Of a stretch of DNA of 64,000 nt, positions 1 through 11,700 are shown in pieces (the stretch's first letter is position 1; the number at the start of each line of letters is the position of its first letter). The stretch comes from Macrostomum hystrix (Eukaryota; Animalia; Platyhelminthes): positions 20,336,001-20,400,000 of the forward strand of contig CATNEN010000001.1 in NCBI GenBank assembly GCA_950097015.1. Direction: 5' to 3'. The notes beneath the pieces were generated by a model, which made no database searches, was not told the DNA's origin, and worked only from the letters and a program-made list of their open reading frames with translations. The translations under genes and the position numbers were made by a program.

Positions 1-126
1 ACTAAATTTTTCCTACTTTGAAATCACTGAATGTGTTTGCAAATTTGATGCATCAATTTTGGTGATAATTTAAAATCGCTAAAACTTACGTCAGCAAGCT
101 AAAAGTATCAGCATCCACTCATTCAG

Positions 127-241
127 GATGACTACAAGCCGAGCTTTAGCAGCTCGCCGAGTCGTCGCTATGGACGCCAGGCGCCTAGTTACGATGGCAT
201 CGGAGCTGGCTACAGCAGCTACAGGGAGCCAATCTATGGCA
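127..241 (+). CDS. Penultimate exon of an unknown convergent gene (DDYKPSFSSSPSRRYGRQAPSYDGIGAGYSSYREPIYG)
   Basis: attcag acceptor and GTGAGT donor at 242, phase 1, in frame with the exon at 775. Confidence 0.6.
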
Positions 242-271
242 GTGAGTAGAATCTGAGCTGTGGGATCAATC

Positions 272-762
272 TCCTTCTCACTCTCCTTGTCACTCGCCTT
301 GTCACTCTCCTTGTCACTCTCCTTTTCACTGTCCTCCTTGTCACCCTCCTTGTCACTCTCCTTGTCACTCTCCTTTTCACTGTCCTCCTTGACACTCTCC
401 TTTTCACTGTCCTCCTTGACACTCTCCTTTTCACTGTCCTCCTTGACACTCTCCTTTTCACTGTCCTTGTCACTCTCCTTGACACTCTCCTTGTCACTCT
501 CCTTGTCAATCTCCTTGTCACTCGCCTTGTCACTCTCCATGTCTCTCTACTTGTCACTCACCTTGTCACTCACCTTGAGACTCTCCTTGTCACTCGCCTT
601 GTCACTCTCCTTGTCACTCTCCTTGTCACTCTCCTTGTCACTCTCCTTGTCACTCTCCTTGTCACTCTCCTTGTCACTCTCCTTGTCACTCTCCTTGTCA
701 CTCTTCTTGTCAATCTCACTTTCCTTGTCACTCTCATGGTCACTCTCATGGTCACTCTCCCT
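272..762. repeat. 12-bp tandem repeat (CTCCTTGTCACT)n
   Basis: Visible periodicity; intron of the convergent gene. Confidence 0.95.
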
Positions 763-774
763 CTCCCAACCCAG

Positions 775-938
775 GCAAATTCGACGCAGACCTGGATGTC
801 TCCAGCAGCCTTCGCTACAGCTCTGGCGGCGGCTTCGTCTCGGACGCCTATCCCGACACCGACCGTGGAGCCCGCCTCGACTTCCACGTGACGACCAGCG
901 GTGGCGGAAGCAGAAGCTACTCTTCTAGGAAATTTTAA
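775..938 (+). CDS. Last exon of the unknown convergent gene ([26 protein letters not shown]...SYSSRKF*)
   Basis: Pyrimidine-rich ccag acceptor, coding-like GC content, TAA at 936-938 and an AT-rich UTR afterwards. Confidence 0.6.
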
Positions 939-1719
939 GTCGAGACTCATTCAAGCTGAGCTGGGATAAGTAGGCCGTGTGTCTCTCGGAAATCTTTCTT
1001 CTGATCCCCAGATTATTTTTGCTCATTTTTCTTATTATTTCTTCGAACAATTTTCACTAAAAACATTCGAATCTGCCTACTTAAATAAGTAGAAATATTA
1101 ACATATTAGCGCTATTTTTATTATACAAAAATCCGTCAGAAGTAGAATACACGTTTTCTCTTGTTATTTTTCTTCGTATGTTCGCTCGCTCTACTTTTCT
1201 ATAGATTTGGTTAGTAGTATGATTAGAATAAGAAAACTTTAACTTGCGAGTCCTCAGAGCTACCATTCATTTGGCTACTGTCTGCCTGTTGGTTGATCCA
1301 ATTTCTCTGCACTTTTAAATTGTAGCTTTTTATGTCTAGAGATTAATTATTCTTATTAGAAGACCTATTTTTATAAATCACATTAACAATCATTTCACTA
1401 TTTATACTACCTGCAGTAGTCTAATAGTAAAAAATTACACAAATTTTCTCCTTAGAAGTATTTAAAACGATTTCATTTAAAAAACGTAGTGTTTCTGTTA
1501 GTCAGATTAATTTATTAACTTTGTAATCTACGAGTGGTTGCAGAAAAAGCATAACGCATAGCCTATTTCTTTAACAAAAGCGAGTCACAAATATTCCAAC
1601 TGTTTTGTAATTGAACTGCTGAGCATGACAAACAGCCTGATATTTTTTAGAAGTACACAAAATACATGATTCCTGGGATTGGCTATTAACACTATTGTTT
1701 AGCCTTTCTTTTTGGGGAA

Positions 1720-2706
1720 AGAGTGGGATTGTGAGACTGAGAGAGGGATTGTGAGACTAAGAGAGGGATTGTGAGAGTGAGAGAGGGATTGTGAGAGTGA
1801 GAGAGGGATTGTGAGACTGAGAGAGGGATTGTGAGACTGAGAGAGGGATTGTGAGACTGAGAGAGGGATTGTGAGAGTAAGAGAGGGATTGTGAGACTAA
1901 GAGAGGGATTGTGAGAGCGAGATAGGGATTGTGAGAGTAAGAGAGGGATTGTGAGAGTGAGAGAGGGATTGTGAGACTGAGAGAGGGATTGTGAGAGTGA
2001 GAGAGGGATTGTGAGAGTGAGAGAGGGATTGTGAGAGTAAGAGAGGGATTGTGAGAGTAAGAGAGGGATTGTGAGACTGAGATAGGGATTGTGAGAGTGA
2101 AAGAGGGATTTTGAGACTGAGAGAGGGATCGTGCGACTGAGAGTGGGATTGTGAGAGTGAGAGAGGGATTGTGAGAGTGAAAGAGGGATTTTTAGAGTAA
2201 GAGAGGGATTGTGAGACTGAGAGAGGGATTGTGAGACTGAGAGAGGGATTGTGAGAGTGAGAGAGGGATTGTGAGACTGAGAGAGGGATTGTGAGAGTGA
2301 GAGAGGGATTGTGAGACTAAGAGAGGGATTGTGAGACTAAGAGAGGGATTGTGAGAGCGAGATAGGGATTGTGAGAGTAAGAGAGGGATTGTGAGACTGA
2401 GAGAGGGATTGTGAGAGCGAGATAGGGATTGTGAGAGTAAGAGAGGGATTGTGAGAGTGAGAGAGGGATTGTGAGAGTGAAAGAGGGATTGTGAGACTGA
2501 GAGAGGGATTGTGAGAGTGAGAGAGGGATTGTGAGACTGAGAGAGGGATTGTGAGAGTGAGAGAGGGATTGTGAGACTGAGAGATGGATTGTGAGAGTAT
2601 GAGAGGGATTGTGAGAGTAAGAGAGGGATTGTGAGAGTGAGAGAGGGATTGTGAGAGTAAGAGAGGGATTGTGAGAGTGAGAGAGGGACTGTGGGAGTGA
2701 GAGAGA
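1720..2706. repeat. 20-bp minisatellite (GAGAGGGATTGTGAGASTRA)n
   Basis: About 49 units between the two convergent 3' ends. Confidence 0.97.
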
Positions 2707-2763
2707 CAGGTTTCATGTGGTCCAATCAAAAAAGAATAATGGAGGTTAGCAGAAGTTAGTTAA

Positions 2764-3314
2764 TTTATTTATAATGCATTCTAGCTTTGGTGATGCAATG
2801 GCTCACTATTCTGACCGAGCAGTAAAGCTGAAATACGAGTTTAATTTTTTTCAAACGAGTTGATTTTTAATGTCGGTTAAAATCAAGACTTTGTACAATA
2901 CAACAAAGGCATTTACAACATTAGTGTGTGTAAGACTGGCATAAGTGTTCTCACAGATAATGAGCACATGTTAGAGAAGCTCGCGTGTAATGCAGGTTGA
3001 CATTTACAAAAACAAAATAATACAGCGACAGGACTGATGAAATTTGAATTCGTTCACAAGTTTTTGGAAGTTAGCAATGGATTAATTTAGATGGCTTTCT
3101 GAGTATTTGACACATGAAATATCAGGGTTTTAAAGAAAGTACACAAGGTCAAAGGATTTTACTAAGCGAACAACAAATATATTTAATGCGATGTCTGTCC
3201 CGAATATAGTAATGTATATGAGTTAAATAATGAATTATTAATATTTATGCGAAAAAGTGGCATTATTTGAAAGACAAATGGCAGATAACAGGGTTTCATT
3301 CCGAGATATTTATT
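2764..3314 (-). other. Teneurin 3' UTR with candidate poly(A) signals (AATAAA at 3309-3314 and 2764-2769)
   Basis: AT-rich non-coding sequence after the stop codon, with two tttatt hexamers on the + strand. Confidence 0.55.
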
Positions 3315-3388
3315 CATGAGAAGCAGTTGTGTTGGTGCCTTAAGGCCAAAAGTTTAAGATACTGAAAAACAGACAAACCAGCACAATT

Positions 3389-5758
3389 CTAAGCGCCAGT
3401 CCTGTGATCAGTGACAATGAAGGTCTCGAGTTCGCCATCCAATCGCAGTGGTGGTCCTACTGCAGCCGCTGTTGGCATTCGTTCGAGATGGCACACCCAG
3501 CGACTGTCATCGCTGGCGTCTTCCATTGCGCAGCCGAGCAGCCGAGTGTTGTTGACCGAGCTGGCTCGGGCAGAGCCTGGCGTACTGGTTTCCGGGACAG
3601 CTCCGTTGTTAAGGACTGCGACATTTGGCCCGGTTAAAGAGGCCGATGAAGTTCTGTCCAGAGTGACCAGGTAACCGGGCGGAAGGACGCCCCTCTGGGT
3701 GGCGTTGAGTATGAGTCTGGGCAGCTCATCTCGAACTATTGAAACGCCTCGAGAAACTTCGGAGCGGAATTTTCGCAAGCCAGACGTAATGGCTTCAGCC
3801 GCGACAGAGCTCGCCCACAATGACGGAATCGGCGATGCTGAAAACGATGGCATTTGAGAAATCGACGCCGCTTCTAAGGCCGGCTCGGCCAGCAGCTGCG
3901 GCAGATCCAGGTTAAAATTGCGCAGCCAGAACTCAGGCCGGCTGACCGTGTCGGGGTTGTAGACGTCGTCTTCGAAGACACTGCCGCCGCTACCCTCCCA
4001 AGGATCGAAGGTATATGTGTCAAGGAGCTGCGGGCTCGGATTTGTTGACTGCTGGGCTCGCGACAGTCTCTTAACCAGGTCGAGATAATCCGGAGCTGCC
4101 CATTGGCCAGACACGGTGTCGTACACACGTCGCTGCCGCGAGTCGGAGCGACTTGACAGCCAGACCAGCTCCGTATCCTGATCATGCACACCGCCAAGAT
4201 AGCCGAAAGGAAAATTGAACGGCAGATTGCTGACGATCGGAGTCAAAACTCTTCCAGTGTGGCTGTAGTCCTGCCGCAGGACCGTGTCACCAGTGGCGTT
4301 GAACACTGCCAGGGGGGACCCGAGTCGGTCGCAAGCCACATAGTAACGCTGGATCCTACCTGTGGCTCTGTTCTGATGATCCACTGCAACTAACTGACCC
4401 GTCCGATCCTCATAAGTAAAGGCCAACAGTTGGTTTTCCCTGGGATAGTAGGCGTGAGTTATGCGGTCCGGTTGCAGAGCGTCGGCGTACATCAGCTGCA
4501 AATCTCGACTCGGATTTTGCAGGTCCTGACGAGCCACTAATCGCTGTCGACCATCGTACAAGTAGCGCAATCTGTAGGAGTCGCCGGCCCCGCCAGCACA
4601 CTGCGCTGCCAGCAGCTGGCCGGAAGCATCAAACTTGAAGCTCTCAACCGACCCGACAAACCGGTGATTGCCACGCCGGTTGAGGAAGCCGTCCGAATCG
4701 AACATGTACTCGGCCGGTCCCACGGAAGTTGGCAGACCCCTCGAGTCGTACACATATTCGTAGGTTTGGTTTCGGGAGAGACGTCTAGAGTACTGCCCAT
4801 TCGATCGGTATTTGAGCTCCTCGCTATCAACCAGGTGACCTCGCACATTGCGAGCGATCTGAGAAACGCGTGCTCGAGTAACACGTGCTCGAGCATCTCT
4901 TGTGAGCAGAACGTTCGTGACGACGCTGTCTTCGCCGATGCCGATTATGTGGGCCAGCTCCTGCACCCGACCCATGGAGTAGCCGTGGACAGACAGGACG
5001 AAAACTCGGTTCGAGGCAAAAAACAGCATTGTATCCACCAGTCGGCCCATGCTGTCAAAGCGAATCTTCAACGAGCTGACACTGTCACTCAGCTCAACAT
5101 AGTGCTCACTCCGCGATACAGCGTATGGAAGCCCCAGACTGCTCCTTAGCTGCGTAACGTAGCCTCTGGTCTCATGACGTGTCGTGTTGATCACAATGGT
5201 TGGTGATGTTTGTCCACTGGAGAAGATATCAGTAGCAACCGAAGCTAGGAACAGCTGCTCCGGATGATATTTCTGGCGATGTCGAATCGACGCCAAACCG
5301 CAGGCTGCATCAAACTCGACAGTCTCCTCGGCTGGCAAAAGTTGCTCAGCATATGAGAACCGCTGAGTGACTCGACAGGCTGCTGTTGAATGCTCTGTGG
5401 TCAAAACGGCCGATAGACCATTTTCGGAGTCGTAGTCAAACTTGGTGGCAATTTCGATCGTGTCTCCATCATAGGAGCGTCTATTGGAAATCTTTCCGTC
5501 AGGCTGATGGGCGAATGACAGACGCCGCCGTCTGCTGGGGTAGCTCAGTAACTCGAGCGCCCCGTCAGCATTGTACTGGTAGACAACAGCTCTAGCGGTG
5601 ATGAGCCAGGGCCAGTAGAGAGTCCGAGTTGCGCCGAGGGCTGACTGTGAGCGAATCATGCTCGCACCGTTGGGCGTGACCAGCCGACCCAGGCCGCCAG
5701 TGAACGGGTCGCGCTCGAAACGGTAGGTCTGACCCAGCGGGTCGGTGATTTGGTCAGG
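3389..5758 (-). CDS. TENM: Teneurin exon 19: YD shell, RHS core and short C-terminal region
   Basis: YD repeats ([23 protein letters not shown]), [16 protein letters not shown] and [10 protein letters not shown]. Ends at TAG 3389-3391. Confidence 0.95.
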   Translation of the reverse strand, partial: PDQITDPLGQTYRFERDPFTGGLGRLVTPNGASMIRSQSALGATRTLYWPWLITARAVVYQYNADGALELLSYPSRRRRLSFAHQPDGKISNRRSYDGDTIEIATKFDYDSENGLSAVLTTEHSTAACRVTQRFSYAEQLLPAEETVEFDAACGLASIRHRQKYHPEQLFLASVATDIFSSGQTSPTIVINTTRHETRGYVTQLRSSLGLPYAVSRSEHYVELSDSVSSLKIRFDSMGRLVDTMLFFASNRVFVLSVHGYSMGRVQELAHIIGIGEDSVVTNVLLTRDARARVTRARVSQIARNVRGHLVDSEELKYRSNGQYSRRLSRNQTYEYVYDSRGLPTSVGPAEYMFDSDGFLNRRGNHRFVGSVESFKFDASGQLLAAQCAGGAGDSYRLRYLYDGRQRLVARQDLQNPSRDLQLMYADALQPDRITHAYYPRENQLLAFTYEDRTGQLVAVDHQNRATGRIQRYYVACDRLGSPLAVFNATGDTVLRQDYSHTGRVLTPIVSNLPFNFPFGYLGGVHDQDTELVWLSSRSDSRQRRVYDTVSGQWAAPDYLDLVKRLSRAQQSTNPSPQLLDTYTFDPWEGSGGSVFEDDVYNPDTVSRPEFWLRNFNLDLPQLLAEPALEAASISQMPSFSASPIPSLWASSVAAEAITSGLRKFRSEVSRGVSIVRDELPRLILNATQRGVLPPGYLVTLDRTSSASLTGPNVAVLNNGAVPETSTPGSARASSVNNTRLLGCAMEDASDDSRWVCHLERMPTAAAVGPPLRLDGELETFIVTDHRTGA

Positions 5759-8700
5759 CTGCGTGGATCAAGGTGTGCGTTGGATTGTAAGCGTTGGTTT
5801 TACTTCAGTATGTTGTATTTTTCTTAGCTTTCCATCTCTAGGCTCGTCTGAAACCTTGCCTATTCTGTTCTGAGTGTTAAAAAAAATAGGAATTACCATA
5901 GACGATGACTCGCCAGAATATTCGAACCGATGCACGGCTAGATCGTCCTCGGCTGTTGTAGCCCCGATGCTGGCCGAGAAGTTCCTAGTTTCGGCCACTG
6001 TCCGGCCAGCCCGGTCATACTGCCGCTGCAGCCTGCCCTCGCGAGCGATGCTCTCCGAGGCCGTCCGAGGCTTGTCCGCCCAGCGCATCTCGGACAGCTG
6101 GTTGCGGCTGGATTTTAATGTAGCGACGGGATTCGTTTAAATATGTGAATCTTGAAATACATTTACTAAAGGTAGACAATGGGGGCATTTCAAATACCTA
6201 AAATCAGAATCAGCATACTTTTTCACAAAGCATCAACATCGTCGAGATATTCAACGATACTCTTCGGGTGTCTGGTAGCAAAAACCACCAGTATAGGCCA
6301 AATAGGAAAAGTTTTATTTTGATGCTGGACTTTCATGAAAAAAACGGTCATTCGGTTTGAGAGCGATCGTGAAGTAGGCAGTTGGAATTCTAAATACCTG
6401 CCGTGGTCTTACCCACGGGAAAAATATATTTGTCTTTCTACTGGGCACATGGTGATGTGATGTAGCGTCTAGGACCATTTCCGCGGGGTATGGCATTTTA
6501 TGTCGGGTCGTGACGCATGATATCAAGAAACGGCACACATGAAAGTGGAAGAAATGTGCTCACTCTGTGTACTTGAAGTAGACAGGCCTATAGAATGCCA
6601 GCTGTGAGTTGGGTGTCACAGACAGTGGCAAACCAGCCGAGTTGTAGCTCACAACAAACAGTAGCTGAGGCTGGGCGATCATCGGAGATGAGCTGCTGCT
6701 CAGACTGTAGCCGTAGTAAGAGGCTGACACACTCTGGTCCTGCAGACGACTGAACCTGATGCTCAGAACTGGACGCTGGTTGACCTGGATTTTAAGGGAA
6801 GATAGTTTTGTTGCGTAGTACCTTTGTAGTGTTGGATTCAGAAGGACAATGGATTCATAAGGACGTTGGATTCATAAAGACGTTGGATTCAGAAGGACAA
6901 TGGATTCATAAGGACGTTGGATTCATAAAGACGTTGGATTCAGAAGGACGTTGGATTCAGAAGGATGTTTGATTCAGAAGAACGTTGGATTAAGAAGGAC
7001 GTTGGATTCAGAAGGATGTTAGATTCAGAAGGACATCGGATTCAGAAGGGTGTTGGATTCAGAAGGACGATGTTTTCAGAAGGGCATTGGATTCAGAAGG
7101 ACGATGGTTTCAGAAGGACGATGGTTTCAGAAGGAAGATTCAGAAGGACAATGGATTCAGAAGGACGTTGGATTCAGAAGGACGATGGTTTCAGAAGGAA
7201 GATTCAGAAGGACAATGGTTTCAAAAGGATGTTGGATTCAGAAGGACGTTTGATTCAGAAGGATGTTGGATTCAGAAGGACGTTGAATTCAGAATGGCAT
7301 TGGATTCAGAAGGACGTTGGATTTAGAAGGACGTTTGATTCAGAAGGATGTTGGATTCAGTAGGACGTTGAATTCAGAAGGGCATTGGATTCAGAAGTAC
7401 GTTGGATTTAGAAGGACGATGGTTTCAGAAGGAAGATTCAGAAGGACAATGGTTTCAAAAGGACGTTTGATTCAGAAGGATGTTGGATTCAGAAGGATGT
7501 TGGATTCAGAAGGACGTTGAATTCAGAAGGGCATTGGATTCAGAAGGACGTTGGATTAAGAAGGACGATGGTTTCAGAAGGAAGATTCAGAAGGACAATG
7601 GTTTCAAAAGGATGTTGGATTCAGAAGAACATTGGATTCAGAAGGACGTTGGGTTTAGAAGGACGTTGGATTCAGAATTACGTTGAATTCAGAAAGGGGT
7701 TGGTTTCAGAAGGACGTTGGATTAAGAAGAAAGTTGGATTTCGAAGGGCGCAGGGTTTAGAAAGATATTGGATTCAGAAGTATGTAGGCTTTTGTAGGAC
7801 GTTTGATTCAGATGGGTTCAGAAGTACATTAGTTCAGAGCTTCGATTATTCTCGCTATTTAGAGGGCCTTAAGCTCAGGTTTATTAACTATACGCAGAAA
7901 AAGTTTTTTAACTAGTTTTAACTAGTTAATTTTTCTGTTAATTAGCTAGTTTCAATGGTATAGAGAGTGAAATTTTCATACTTGTCTACTCTTAGTAGGC
8001 AAACACAACGGTAGGTCGTAGGATTGACTTTTTTATTGGCCTTATTTTATTTATTCACTTCTAATGAAATCATCACACATGAGGACTCGCTTGAATAAAT
8101 TAATCATTGTGTGAGTCTATGTGAGTCTTAACTCTGAGCTCAATTCATCTACGAGCGAGCGACTATTACTGGCTCACATTGCTTTTTTAGACCAATACTT
8201 GAGCACCCGCAGGCAGCCCAGAATCGCAAAGTCAGCTTCATCTTTCCATTTTGGCAGACTAAAAAATGTGACAATTCCGAATGAATTATTTATAAGGAGG
8301 TGTCACGCCACGGCGTTCACAGCAACTGCCTCACGGGGTAATAAATTTCTCCACGTGCCCAGCTGCGACACCTCTATGGGAAAACGCAATCACGAGTTGG
8401 CATTTGCTTCGCTTGTCCCCTGTCTAAATGACAAATTTAAAGCTGAGACTAGAGAAACAATGGAACGAAAAAAACGCTTTGAATTCAAAGCGGCGCTTGT
8501 GAGGAACTTAAGGGTGACTCACAGAGAGATATGAGCTGTGTCCCAAATTTTAGCCATATCAAATTATAGCCCACAAAATTACCGAGGGATTTTATCTCTG
8601 AAAATATATCTTTAATACTGAAAAACTGTGTTCAAGGCTTTAAACAAATACCAAAGATATGAATCGGAAACTCACCACAAGCTTCATCTGGCTGGCTGAG

Positions 8701-11700
8701 TACACCCACTCGGACCTGTGCTGCAGACTGCGCCCAGACTGAACTCCCATCGAGATCCCGCGCTTGAATTCTCGGCCGCTTCCACTGGCTGAGTTTGAAC
8801 TGGATTTCAGTTCAATCGAGCAGCTCGCAGACCGACATCTAAGAATGCCACGGAGCTCACGATCGCCATTCGTCTGGTCCTCGACTGTCACCGAGCTCAA
8901 AGTTGGCACATCTGGAAGCATGAAAAATAGGTCTGGCATCATTTGGTGACAGTAGACTGTGCTGTCCTTTCCACTGTCTCCTGAGCACACACGCACTGAT
9001 ACAGTACGCGGGTACAACCTCAAGCAGGTGTGTACATCTGCCCTGACTTTCGCATTGTCAGGCAGTGCACAGTCCAAGACTACGTTGGATTCAGAAGGAC
9101 GTTGGATTCAGAAGGACGTTGGATTTAGAAGGATGTTTGATTCAGAAAGACGTTGGATTCAGAAGGGTATTGAATTCAGAAAGACGTTGAATTAAGAAGG
9201 GTATTGGATTCAGAAGGACGTTGAATTCAGAAGGACTTTGAATACAGAAGGGCTTTGGATTCGGAAGGACGTTGGATTCAGAAGGACGTTGGATTCAGAA
9301 GGACGTTGGATTCAGAAGGACGTTGGATTCAGAAGGACATTGGATTCAGAAGGATGTTGGATTCAGAAGGACGTTGGATTCAGAAGGACTTTGAATACAG
9401 AAGGGCTTTGGATTCAGAAGGGTATTGGATTCAGTAGGGCATGGGATTGAGAAGGACGTTGGATTCAGAAGGACGTTGAATTCAGAAGGGTATTGGATTT
9501 AGAAGGACGTTGGAGTCAGAAGGATTTTTGATTTAGAAAGAAGTTAAATTCAGAAGGGCTTTGGATTCAGAAAGACGTTGGATTCAGAAGGATATTGGAT
9601 TCAGAAAGACGTTGGATTCAGAAGGATATTGGATTCAGAAGGACGTTGGATTTAGGACGTTATATTCAGAAGGAAGTTGAATTCAGATTCAGAATGGGTG
9701 AAACGTGTGTGGCCCCGCCGCGGATTCGAGCTCAGGGATCTTGGTGCATTCTTGTGCGAAGAACTAGTAAAACACAAACAAAGCCAATTCCTTAACAATA
9801 ATCAAGAAACCGTTTTGGTTCAGATGAAATCGCTTTTCACTCAAAGAGATGGAGCCGGCACTCGAAGCAGCTATCGGAGAGCCGGCATTGCGGAGCGGAC
9901 TGGGTGCTTTGGGGAAGGAAATGATCAAAAAGGATATTCGATACCCGCTCAGAATAATGCTCAAAAAACTACCACTCCCTTCTTTTTTGTGCTTCTTATT
10001 TTAATGAGCACACACCGACGTGGATGGAGACCAAACTACTCATAGATGAAAGAAGACGAGACACACGATATCCCTAGCTTGAGACATCAACGTCTTTTAC
10101 TCACATTCTATTCAAGGTAGTTTAGGGTGGGATGAGCTTTAGTTGAGTCGACGAAGGGATATTTGAGATAAGTGGTGGATTGCATATGCAGCTACATAGC
10201 ATGGCCTTCCTTTGCTTGCCTTACTCTCAGTTTGAAACAAGCTTTCCGTTCTGCGGCACTCAGTTTTGTCTGGCGGGAATTTGAGTGCTTCAATGAAAAA
10301 ATACAATTCGCTTTTGTTTTTTTCAGCTTCTTGAAATTTTGATTGACGTCTAACAAAGAAAATTCACTCGCTTAATTAATTTTCTATTTGATTTCGATAA
10401 CAATTATTTTTACATTGCAAATCGCAAGAGACACATGTACCAATTGCTGCTTAATCTGAGCATGTTAAATTTGCTGAGTTGTGTAAGTCAGCTGTCAATT
10501 TCTGTCCAGGTTGATAGTCCGGAGCATTTCATTTGCATAATTGCAGCAAGCAAACTGCTAAACACTGTTTTTGGACCGAAGAAAATGCTTTGCAAAGTAT
10601 TTTCTTGCAGGCTGCAAAAGTTTAGACTATAGCTGAGGAATGGCAGGAAGGAGACACAAGAATTGGCATACAATTCTCATCCATGCAGACTTGAAGTAAA
10701 GTGGCTTAACTGAGACATTCCTTCCTCTGTGTCAGCACTGCAGTTTTTTTCACAACTTTGTCACCTACCCTACCTAACAATGGATCTGGATCTGGCGAGA
10801 GAAATCATTTTTAGAACCGTTTGGTAGCTTTGCTGCTGCTGTTATGCTTAGCGCTATGCGTAATTATGTTGGGGATAATTTCTATAGACTAACAAATCCT
10901 CAAACCCGGTCTACTATATTATATCGTTACTATGTTCTTTAATAGTTTTTCTTAAAAAAATCGGTAAAATTTGAATAAGCATTAAACGTTTCTTGGCTTG
11001 TTTTTCAATATTGAAAACAACATTTTCTTAGATAAAGCCGTGATTTTCGTCAACAATAATGATTTTTGGACAAACAATTGATTGAATCTCTAAAATTAAA
11101 AAACTAAAACATCTTTATTAAAGAATTCTCACTTTTTACAGCTCCCTACACTGTACTTACAGCTCCCTACACTGTACTTACAGCTCCCTACACTGTAGTT
11201 ACAGCTCCCTACACTGTACTTACAGCTCCCTACACTGTACTTACAGCTCCCTACACTGTACTTACAGCTCCCTACACTGTACTTACAGCTCCCTACACTG
11301 TACTTACAGCTCCCTACACTGTACTTACAGCTCCCTACACTGTAGTTACAACTCCCTACACTATAGTTACAGTTCCCTACACTATACTCTACAGTTCCCT
11401 ACACTATACTCTACAGTTCCCTACACTATACTCTACAGTTCCCTACACTATACTCTACAGTTCCCTACACTATACTCTACAGTTCCCTACACTATACTCT
11501 ACAGTTTCCATAATATTTCCCGAAACAAGAAAATTGCGCCACATCTGTGTAAATTATTCCCGAAACTCAGATCCCATTACCTTGAAGGGAAGAATTTCCC
11601 TAAAAAGCAAAGTCGATGCTACAAGGGCTTCAGGGATATTTCGCTCCGAATGGCACAGAAATATAATATAACAAAAAAGCAGAACTGCCCCAAGCTCAAT

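Noticed and set aside
570-950. Extra minus-strand teneurin exon carrying the missing C-terminus
   Set aside because: No Tox-GHH similarity and no good donor before TAG 3389; the + strand reading has better splice sites and phase.
3389-5758. Bacterial RHS/YD toxin or horizontal insert
   Set aside because: It is a spliced exon in phase with the EGF and TM exons, and YD/RHS homology is intrinsic to teneurins.
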